The position numbers were made by a program, and so were the translations under genes. The notes beneath the pieces are model-generated. The model saw nothing but the letters and a program-made list of their open reading frames with translations. It did no database searches and was not told the DNA's origin. From the NCBI GenBank assembly GCA_001643675.2, contig LSRY02000032.1:1116001-1180000 (forward strand): a DNA stretch of 64,000 nucleotides. The letters run 5' to 3'. Shown in pieces: positions 50,501 to 61,299 of this stretch (position 1 is the stretch's first letter; each line of letters opens with the position of its first letter). This stretch comes from Monocercomonoides exilis PA203. Its lineage: Eukaryota > Protista > Preaxostyla.

Positions 50501-52964
50501 ATTGACCAGGTTACATCATCAGCACTTCCAGCTTGCAAAAACCCGAATGAAGTGTCTGATACAGTGAAAGCATTTGTTAGCGCTAATCTTCCCAATGAAC
50601 TGATTGAGCTGTTGGAAGTCATCATGTTGAGAAAGAGCGACTTCTCATCAAACAGAAACTTGCAAAACTTGCTTCTTATTACTGCTATTAAGGTTTGATT
50701 GGAGAAATCCATAAAAATTTTTTTCAAACATGATTTTGATGAGTAATGATGAGTGCTGTATAACAGCCATATTCATCCGTGTTTTTGACGAACCAATGTT
50801 TGAATGATATCAAACTTTTTTCTGAATACTCACTCAAACTTTAAAAATTTTTTTGATATAACTTTTTATCGTTTATTATTGAATGACAAAATTTTTTTAT
50901 CCTATTTTATTTTTAATGATAATATTTTTTTATGAATAGGCTGGCAGCAATCGTGTTAAAGACTACATCCAACGATTGGACAACTATGATGGAATCGAAG
51001 TTGCTAAGTTTGCTCTTTCATCTGGATTGAATGAAGAGGCATTTGAAATGTACAAAAAGTTTGATCATCACAAAGAAGCCATCGGAGTTCTTTTGGATCA
51101 AATTGACGATGTAGAGAGAGCGTATGATTATGCTGTTGCTGTTAACACAAAAGAGTGCTGGTCGCTTGTGGCAAAGGGACAATTGGACAGAGGAATGGTC
51201 GAGAAATCGATCGACTCCTATCTCCGCGCAGAAGACCCGAACAACTACCACGAAGTCATCAGCGCTGCAAGAGACAGCAATCTGTATGGTGCTCTGGTGA
51301 AATACCTGAAAATGGCAAGAGTGTTGAAGGAGCAACTGATTGACAGCGAATTGGTGTATGCATATGCTAAGATCGATGCCCTTGCAGAGATTGAGGAATT
51401 TATTTCTCAGTCGAACCAGGCGGATCTCGATGGAATTGGAGAAAGATGCTTCGATGAACAGATGTACAATGCTGCTCGCATTCTTTTCAATCATATTGGA
51501 AACTATGCTCGCTTGGCATCAACCCTTGTGTGCCTTGGACAGTACCAAGGAGCTGTGGATGCAGCAAGAAAAGCTCAATCAATCAGAACTTGGAAAGAAG
51601 TGTGCTTTGCATGTGTTGATGCACATCAGTTCCGTCTTGCGCAGATGTGTGGTGTCAACATTGTTGTTCAGGCCGATGAGCTGGAAGAATTGGTTCAATA
51701 CTACACAGACAGAGGCAGGTTCGAAGAAGTTATTTCATTGCTGGAATATGCAATGAGATTGGAAAGAACACACATGGGAATGTTCACAGAATTGGGTATT
51801 TTGTACTCTCGCTTCAAGCCTGAGAAGCTTATGGAACATATTAAATTGTTCCACTCAAAGATCAACATTGCCAAAATGCTTACGGTCTGCGAACAAAATC
51901 TGCAGTGGTCCGAGTTGTGCGTGTTGTACTGCCATTACGACGAGTATGACTCAGCTGCCACAAAGATGATGGAACACATCGATGCTTGGAATCATGCACA
52001 ATTCAAAGATATCATCCAGAAGGTTACCAACATGGAGATCTTCTATCGTGCAATCGATGTGTATCTTAAACAGCACCCAACATTGCTGTGCGACCTTCTT
52101 TCTGTTATGGCTCCTCGCATTGACAACACACGTGTTGTTTCTCAACTTCGCCGTTCTGGAATGATTGCACTCATCAAGCCATATCTCTTGTTTGTTCAGT
52201 CATCAACAAAACCAGAGATTCCAGAAGTTAACGAGGCTGTGAACGATCTCTATTTGGAGGAAGAAGATGTGGATTCTCTGCGTGCTTCAATCGAGAACTA
52301 CCCAACATTCGATCAACTTGGTCTTTCAAGAAGACTCGAAGCTCATCCTCTTCTGAGAATGCGCCGTCTGGCCACATGGTTGTATACCAAGAACAAGAGA
52401 TTTGCACACGCTGTGGAGTTGGCCAAGAAGGATCAGATGTATCAGGATGCAATGGTTGCTACTGCAGAATCTGGAGACAAAGATGTTGCAGAAGAGCTTT
52501 TGCGCTTCTTTGCAATGGAGATTGAGGAGAAAGACAGAGCAAGCTGCTTCGCTGCCTGCTTGTACACTTGCTATGAGATTCTTCCACCTGATGTTGTTAT
52601 GGAGGTTGCATGGATCGCAAATCTGAGAGATTATGCCATGCCATACTTTGTTAACTCAACCAAAGAGTATGTCAACAAGGTGAATAATCTTTCAGCTGAA
52701 TTAACCGCAATGAAGGAGCAAAAAGCGAAAGAAGCCGAAGAGGAAGCTGCTGCTAAGCCAATGGAAAATGAAGTTATTACTCCGATGATGGGAATGAGCA
52801 CATCTGGAATTACTTCAATGCCACCACAAATGATGATGGCTACACCTCCTCCTGGATATGTCCCCACACCCGGAGGATATGTTCCAACACCGTCTCCTCC
52901 ATATTATGGCCAGAATGCAATGCAACCAGGCATTCCTCCAGCAAGCCCGTTTTATCCTCACTAA
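47551..52964 (+). CDS. CHC: Clathrin heavy chain (~1,701 aa)
   Basis: Exons 47551..47586, 47648..50692, 50940..52964, with introns 47587..47647 and 50693..50939. Conserved CHC sequence: QIINYR-like NIINYR, ASSPGGALRT, LMIVCDRYGYVDELVKYLY, VVGKFCEKRDP, NLQNLLLITAIK|AGSNRVKDYIQRLDNYD, LERTHMGMFTELGILYSRFKPEKLMEH, CFAACLYTCYEIL. Confidence 0.98.
50741..50831 (+). ncRNA. Intronic box C/D snoRNA, U18/SNORD18-like
   Basis: Terminal stem GAGTA/TACTC, box C ATGATGA (50746-52), box D CTGA (50822-25), D' TTGA (50785-88). D' is preceded by guide TCCGTGTTT, complementary to the conserved LSU rRNA motif AAACACGGA. It sits in the unusually long (247 nt) CHC intron 2. Confidence 0.85.
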
Positions 52965-53452
52965 ATGAAAATGATTTGCTCAGTATTTGTTGAGCAATTT
53001 GGAAAAAAAAATATTAGTACCACCATTTCTGCTTATTTCAGTTTGAATTGAGCATTGGTTGAGTTATTTTAGGGATTACCAAAACTGTTCATATTTTGAT
53101 ATTTTTTTTTTTGAAAATTTACTTTTAGTTTTCTTGTTTTCTATTTCTTAAACATGAGCGAGACTATGATAACTTGTGTTTGTGTGTTTATTTCGCACTT
53201 AATTATTAAAAATATATTCCATTAAGGAAAATTTTGGAAAGATTGCACATATGCTGACCATTTTGATCATTGAACCATAATAAATTTATAGGGTTTTATT
53301 GAATTCTTTTTCTGACATTTGTAGTTGTTTTTGGGTTAGGATTATCGAAAAAAATCTTCTTTAAAAAGTTTTTTTTAGGATATAGTTTTGTGTCTCGAAT
53401 CTTCTTTTTGAGTGATTACTCATTTTTGAATACCATTATAATTTTTCAATAA

Positions 53453-56400
53453 ATGAATTTGTTGTTTATTTTTGTTTCTGTTTTCTTACAGATTTCTTTT
53501 GCACAAGATAACAAATGTGAATTTAATGATTCATATCCATACAAACCGTCAGATGTTCTTAATTGCATGAAATCGATTCCTGTTTGTTTAAACTTTTTAT
53601 TCATTGTTACTTTCCATTGCATTTTAAATTTTTTTATTTATATAAGTATGATAAAGACGACTCAGAATTTAGTGTTATATTTGATAAGACGTTAACATTT
53701 TTGGAATCATATGTTCTGAGAGACATATTTTTGAACCCTCCAAAAGATTCAACTTTTGAACTTGTAGACATCTTTGCCGAGATGGATAAAATTAAAAACA
53801 AACATTATGAATTTGCATATGATCTTTATGCGGATATTTTTAACACGCTTTCGGAATATCACGATTATTTTGCTTCTTTTGTAGTTCCATGCTTAAGTGA
53901 ATTTACATTTGTCCTACCATTTCAGTTTTCCTTTTCCGAGGATGCCACTAATGACGGATCAACTGTCAAAGTAGTTGCATATCCAAATCTTAACAAAGAC
54001 GCATACTCAATATTTAATAAAGATGGATCCCCAAATCTTATAAATTGCACAATTCAAGCAATGTGGGACAATGAAGGAGATGAAGAAGTTAATGCATATG
54101 AATATATTATGAATTGGGCAATCAAGAATGTTCATTTTTATCAAGAAGATTACACAAAACTTAATTATGCTGTTCCATATGCTTTTTCAACAAGAGAAGG
54201 ACGAAGATTTCTTATTCCTCATGATTCGATAAATATAAGATACCTCGATTCAATGAACCAATCAAAATTTGTAGAACTTCCATTTTATGCAATTTTGGAT
54301 TATACGGCCACAAATTTAGATGACATTTGTGGAATTAAAAAAAGAAAGTTTTTGGACAAGAAAAATCAATTTCAGAAAGAGATTAATTCTATTAATTTCA
54401 TTTCTACATCAAATGAAGCTAATAAAAGAAAAGCAACCAAAGAATATGTTCCGCCTTCTAAAAGAAACAAGCAAAGCGAATTTGTTGCACTGAATTCTTC
54501 TTTAGATAATTATTCAGATAATTTATCAAAGCAATCTTCACTTCACAACAATTTAAACTATTTCTCAAGAAATAACTCCACTTCATTATCACTTCAAGCA
54601 TCTCCTTCTTCTTCTTCTCCTTCTCAGTCATCATTGCCTGAATTGCTCATTCCAACAGATTCAAATTCAGAACTTGAACACATCTACAGCGGAGATGATA
54701 TGTCCTGCTATCACTTCAAGGACGAGTCTCTCGGTGTTCTTTCATTGCACGACTTCGACATGTCAGATTATTCAGAATATGAGCGCCATCTTCTTCATTG
54801 TGTCGGTGCCTTTCTCACTCGCAATGCCAGCCGTCTTCTTCTGGATTTGCGAGGAAATCGAGATGGGACAGCAGATGCTGTTCCACTTGTGCTGCGCTTT
54901 CTGTTTCCCGAATCTTTTCCATTCTCTCCAGTTCTGGCGATGCCAAAGAATAGCATAAACGGAGAGCTTTCGAAGCTGCTGGTTGGAGACTCGGAAATAG
55001 CCATCCTCGACCCAGCAACATTCGAGCCACTTGAGAATTTCTATGCGGCCACAGTCGAAAAAACAATTGTGCTCAAAAACAACACTCAACTGAAGCGAAA
55101 CTGGACGCAGCCATTCCGCCGCATCTGGAATAAGCATTCACACATGGAGGAGTTCAAGAAGAACCACAACAAAAACCCTAATGAAAACATGTGGAGTGCA
55201 GATAATGTTGTTGTCGTGGGCGATGGAACTTGCAGCGGTGCCTGTGCATTGTTTTTGCACCATCTTTCACAGAGAAAGCTCGCAAAGAAAGTTGCCATTG
55301 GACACATTCCAAAGACAGCAGCAGACCGAAAAAGAGATGAGCAACAGCAAATTTCGTCTAATTCATCAAACTCTTCTTTCACACGGAGAATGAACACTGG
55401 CAATGAGACTCCTCCTACTTTTCGTATGACTGCATCTCCTTCGCCATTCCACTTCAGCGCAGGAGAAGTTAACTATTACAGGAAATACGGAAAGGGAATT
55501 GTGAACACTTCGAATTTACCGATTGGATATACGCGCAGCACAACAGATCTTGTTTATTCTGCGCTGCAGGCGTTTTCACTCGATCCGCAGAAGCAGTATG
55601 AGTCTGCGATCGACTTCGATTCTGTGCTTGCAGATGAAATAGTTCCGCTGTTCATCAATTGCACAGCATTCACATCGACAACCTTCTCAACAATTGTCTC
55701 AAAGATCATTCCATTCTACCGCAAGTGCTACGGATGGCAGGTGCTTCCACAACCTGAGCACTGTGCGTCAAAAGGAGAGCATGAGGTGTGGGGCTATCCA
55801 TGCGATGCTCAGCTGGGAGAGTACAAAAACGACACATGCGTCTTTGCTAAATGCGAAGTTGGGTTCTATTTGAATGAAGACTTAAAATGTGTTGCACTTC
55901 CTGGATCAAAGCCAAGCGAGCCGCCGAAGAAGAGAACAAGAGGATTCATTATTGCTATCACCGGTGGAGCGATGTTTCTGCTGATTGCGCTGATGTTTGT
56001 GGCATTTTTTGTTGTATGGAAAGTTCGAAAACCAGAAAAAGAGGAAAGTGAAGACCAGAAAAAACTCATTGAAAATGGGAAAGAGATGAAAGGGATGAAT
56101 ATTTATGCAGAAAAAGGAGAAGATATAAACAGAGGAAGAGGAAGAGGAAGGGGCAGGGGCAGAGGGAGGGGAAGGGGAAGGGGTAGAGGAAGAGGAAGAG
56201 GCAGGGGAAATGGAAGGGGAAGAGGAAGGGGAAGTTGGAGTGCATTGAAGAATCAAAATGGCGAAGAAGAGGCAAGTTTTTGTGTTGATCAAAACAAAAG
56301 AGAATCGCAAGCAGGAAAAATAAATGCAGTTCGTTCGAATTCTGTTCACGCAGACCAACAAACAGAACAAATTTCTACGGCATTACGTTCATTAGAAGAA

Positions 56401-56523
56401 TTGGCGTCCACTGATTCTTCATTGAAAACTCCGCTCATTTCACACAAACAGGAGCTTTCTGATAATTCTTATGCTGCACTGACCGAAGAACATCAACCCA
56501 ATCTGCTATCTATCAATAATTGA
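53453..56523 (+). CDS. Type I membrane protein with a peptidase S41-like ectodomain (~1,001 aa)
   Basis: Exon 1 53453..53581 (signal peptide MNLLFIFVSVFLQISFA), intron 53582..53646, exon 2 53647..56523. Motifs LNCMKSIPY, DIFLNPP, LLLDLRGNRDG and NVVVVGDGTCSGACALF resemble the eukaryotic S41 family. A Cys-rich juxtamembrane module precedes TM GFIIAITGGAMFLLIALMFVAFFVVW, then a cytoplasmic tail. Confidence 0.8.
56131..56232 (+). repeat. (RG)13-NG-(RG)3 dipeptide repeat
   Basis: Translated directly; mixed AGA/AGG and GGA/GGC/GGG/GGT codons. Confidence 0.95.
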
Positions 56524-57190
56524 GATTTGTTAAAGCATTGAGTTTGAATATTTGTTTTCTTCCTTTTCGCAAATGTGAAGAATTTCTTGTGTACAAACTT
56601 ATAATTCTCCTTTTTCTTTCCTTTTCCATTTTAACAGAAAAAAATGTTGATATTTGGTTTATTTGGTTGTTTAATATGTATTGTTTATGATTTTCATTTT
56701 TTGTGATGCATTTTGAGATTAATGAATAATGTGTCATTCACCTCATAACATTTCTGAAGTCTTTTTGTTCTCCAAATTGAGTTAAAGAAAATATGAAAAT
56801 TTTGATTGCTTTTAACTTTGTTTTATGGAACACTCAAAAAATCGAAAAAGAAACATAACAGAAACCTCTAACATGCAAACTCACAACAATGCAAATGAAT
56901 GAGATGTTAAGTGTATATGGTAATGATATAGCAACTGTCTGTTATTTTATAAGAATAAAAGTATGTTGAACACAAAAAATGATAATTCCATGACTCCTTC
57001 ATCATAATTTGAAAGAATCCAAAAATGCGTGAAGAGGTAAAGATGTGGAAACAGTTGGTGAAATGAAGAGCACCATTTAAGTGTAAGGAAAATGTTTACA
57101 AGAAAATAAACAAAATGTCGAAATGACGAAAGATAATTACTATACTTGTTGTGAAGTGGTGAGAAATAATTTGATATGAAATACATAAGC

Positions 57191-60100
57191 CTAACTACTT
57201 TTTTTCTTCGACTGAGCAGACACTTTTTCAGTCTTTTTCTTCGGTTTTGTTTCAGATGACGTGCGGACCTCGCTCTTTCTCAGCTCTTTCCCAACTTTCT
57301 CTTTCGACTGAGATTTTCTGTTTGTAGATTGAGCAGTCGAAGGTGCAGAAGTTGATGACAAACCTGTGTGAAGCTCGTTTTTCTCGTTTGATGTGTCAGC
57401 AGACGGAATGTCATCGGCAGTCCATCCGATCTGCTTCAGCCGATGTGCCTCAACAATCACCTTCAACCGCAGCGATATTTGCTCTCTGATCTTTTCCAGC
57501 AGAAGAAGTGTTGTGCGGCAGAACTCGTCGATCTCCTTCTTCACAACTGGATGCAGCACAATTTCTGCAAAGGTGATTTCGATGAAGCGTGGCACCGCAG
57601 TTATCAGCACAGACGAGTGCCTTCGATATCCTTGCCTCAAAAGAGCTGCGCGGCGGCAAAGAGAATTAAATAGCGGTGGAGACAATGCTGCTTCTTGTGC
57701 TGCGCGCTGTAGGATCGGTTGAAGAACAGCATCCCGTTCCTGCAGCTGTGTTTCTATCGCTTCTGTCTGTTCATCAAAAAGTGCCATTTTTTCCTTCAAT
57801 TCCAGCGCATCTGCTTCTTCCTCACGTCGCAGCACGGTTTCATCCCAGAATTCGTTTCTTTCACCGCTGTGAATGCGGAAAGTGTCGCTGCTGCGCAATG
57901 CCCGCTTTTTCTCTCTGATTTCTTTCCGTTTGGAAAGCTCATCTGTCAGTTTCTTCTTCTTCATCTGCACAAACAGAAGAGGATTTACAGGCTGCTTTGC
58001 AATGAACGTTGTGTATTCTTCTGCTGGAACAGAATCAACAATTGAGCGCAGATGTGCAAGATGCGACACAATTTGCCGATAAAGTTCTCGGGCATTCTCC
58101 ACCAGAACACATAATCTCGATTCTCCTTCCTCAATCGTGTTGTGTTGGGGCCGAAGCGGAATTCCTGTCGCTGCCTTCGCAAATTCGGCAAGCACCTCAG
58201 CATCAGCTTCGCAATCTTCGTCTTCCTCAAGATACAGCTCTCTCTTCTCCCTGTCTTCAATCCCAGAAGAAGTGATGCCAGCCTTCAAGCTTTTCAGAGG
58301 CGATGTCTCGTAGTGGCAGAAGAACGAAGCAAAGGAGTTGCCCCCGGGTGTCAGTGCATGCGCCAGCAACTGCTGAAGAGGCGACTGGTGCCACGGCAGA
58401 ATTCCGAGTGCGACGCCGAACGAAGCTACATTTTGCCCAGAAGGAAGTGCTGGGTTGATCATCGGGTTAATTTCGATACCGTCACTGCTGCCGCCAATTG
58501 AATCGTGAGAAGACGATGCAGATGCTGACGAAGAGGAATAAGGAGAAGGAGAGCGCTGAGATGGGTGCGAATGCGAGTGGCTGTAATTCCCTTTGTTTAG
58601 TCCGCGCTGAGCTGCCAATGCCATTTCTTTAAGCGCGTCGCCTTCGGCAGAAAGAAGCGAGGTTAAATACGACAATCCAGCGTTTCGTCCCACTCTTTCT
58701 CCGACTTCAAACAAGTCTTCCCTCGAAACAAACGCCACCACAATTGATGCGACGGAGTAACCATAACCTTGTTCAACACCTCCTGTTCCATCAGAATAGC
58801 TTCCCCTCAAATGACTTCCTCGTCCAGACATTCCCGATGCGCTGTTATCAACACTTCTTTCTCCAGTGTTTTCTCGTTCTCTTCTTTCGTTCATATCATC
58901 GTCTAGATCAGATTTTTCGCCTCCTCCGCTTCCAACCCCTGTCTTTCCGCCTGTTTGATTGTGCATCCTTCTTCCGCCACTTCCATTTCCACCAGAAATA
59001 GGCAGTGTACCATCTCCTCCTCCACTACTACCCAATCCCATAAGGACCTGCTTTCGATGCCCTGCTTCTTCGCACTCAACTCTCAGCGCAAACAATTTGT
59101 GTGCTGTCCGCGCAGCTTCTCCTTCCACACACAAGCGTTGAGCTTCGCCAGCCGCAATGCTGCTTTTGAGGGCTTCAGCAGTCGTGAACACATGCCACAG
59201 GCGGTCGTTCAGCGATGAATACTCTTTCATCAGTGCCTCCTGTCGAGCCGATCGTGACGACTTGCCGTAGTTCATTGCCGAAGTTGGTGTGGAACGAGAT
59301 GATCCTCCACGCTCTGGTGGCTCCAATTCGTCTCCATCGCGATATCCTCCCGACGCTCCAAACGGTGGCGATGAAGGTTTGACATGGTCAAACACAAAAG
59401 GAGAATTTGAGAAGAGCGCAGCGACCTGCTTTCGATGCATCGGCGACGACATCCCAAACTCTCTGCTTCTTCTGATTTCACCGTTTTCACTCTGCTGCGT
59501 CATGTATGAACCGTCGGCAGGAAAGAGCTCTTCTTCCTCTTCCTCTTCTTCATCCTCGACAGACAGAGGCGAGATGCGCAGAGCTGGCGGAAGAGGCATT
59601 GCTCCACCGGTTGAGTCGGCTGACGGGCAGAGCACAGCCGAGCGGCTCTTGATATCAAAAGCTTGCCGCAATGCAAGAACAGGAGCAGGAACTGTTACTC
59701 CACCAGACGAAGTGACAGATGTGATGGTTGAGCCAACAGACGAATACTCACTCTGGTGTATTCCATCACATTCCTCTGCTTCTGAATCCAGCCCGCGAGA
59801 AGACAGCATCCCCGCTGCAGACAAAGACTGTTTCACCGCATCAACTACAGTTGCTGTAAATGACTGTGCTGGTGCAGGCGCATCCGAAGCAGAGAAATCA
59901 TCTACAGATTGAGAAGTAGATGGCTTATCAACATCTGGCTCTTGTGCAGTAGCTGAATCTGGAGGTTGCGAATTTTGTGGTGAAGAAGAAGAAGAAGAAG
60001 AATATGTCTTTTGCATTGACGGATCTTGCTGCTGTGGCTGAAGTTTTGCAACAGAAAGTCTGTGAGACAAGGAAGGCATCTCAGAAGCTGCATGTTTTGA

Positions 60101-61299
60101 GAGAGGAGGCTGTGGAAGGAACGGTGATGTAGCTGATGGCGTGACAGAAGAAATGCGAGATGGAGAAGCCGGTGGTGAGAAGGAAGATGGAGCAAGACGC
60201 ACAGGTGACAGAGGAAGAGTGAAGATTGAAGGGAGTGGTGATGTCGGCCTGTTCTTTGCCTGAGGAGAGACTGATCGAGTGTATCGTTCCCCAGAAGGGG
60301 ACACTGAAGAAGGTTGGAAAGGAGAATTTGACTGTTGTCGGAAGCTGTTGTAATCCTCCCGGTTTATTGCAGGAGCTGTCTGAGGCAGCTGAAAAGTCGA
60401 AGATGAGCCGTGGTATTGCGATGGAGGCTTCAACAGTAGTACTGAAGAAGGGTCAAGAATAGAAAGCGGATTAATAAGTTGTAACTGTGGTAGTGCTGGG
60501 GAAGTGAAGTGAAAACCTTTTGCATGTTGTGTTGTTTTTTCGGATTCTTCATCTTTTTCAAGTCCAGTCTGGTTAGATGAATAAAAAGTGGTCTGAACGG
60601 AAGAAGGTCTTGCATATTTACTTTTTAAAGACTTTTCAGTGCTTGCAGGACGATAGCATGTCGCTTCTGATGAAGGAGGTCTGGGTGGCGTACAATTTAA
60701 AATTGGATGGAGAGAATCAAAAATGTTATAGCATATATTGTCAAAAACTTCTAAGTATGCTGCATGAACAATGTAAGCATCTTCAAAAAGCTATTCAAAT
60801 TTAATAAAATACGATTACACAAGAAATAATTTTATTCGTTTTTCAAACATCCAATTTTGGTGATTGAGGATGATAAATGCGTTCAGATAAATAATCAAGG
60901 ATATCGCTTTGTGTAACTATTGGTTCAATTTTTTCTGATGGCTCCGCAAAAATAAGTGTCTCTAAAAATTAAAAACAAAGACTTAATTTTTTAAATTTTT
61001 AAATAAATAAATGAAAAATACGATTTTCACCATTTAGAGCGCCTTCAATCAGCGGCTTGCACAAACTTTCAACAATTTTCTTTTTTGGAGTACTCCTTGC
61101 TGTTTAAAGATATTTAAAAATACACATTGAAATTTTCACAAAGAAAACAAAATATGAAAGTTTATATTTTGAAATAAATATTTAAAGAAAAAAATTTGAA
61201 GCTTCCTTTAAATTTTATTTCAACCAATAGCAAACGAAAAACGACTGGAAATGCTCCTTGAGCATTTGATGATACAGCTGCACAGATAATGCGTGGCAT
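57191..61299 (-). CDS. Highly degenerate kinesin motor-homology protein with a C-terminal coiled coil (~1,284 aa; start uncertain)
   Basis: Exons 61299..61236, 61099..61022, 60961..60849, 60790..57191, with GT-AG introns of 136, 60 and 58 nt, all frame-consistent. The spliced product has kinesin-like blocks in the correct order: FPVVFPRSTPKKKIVESLCKPLIEGALNGENQTLIFA, YIVHAAYLEVFDNICYNIF, TTAEALKSSIAAGEAQR, RTAHKLFALRV, NAGLSYLTSLLSA, LPWHQSPLQQLLAHALTPGGNS, EFAKAATGIPLRPQHN. Confidence 0.8.
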
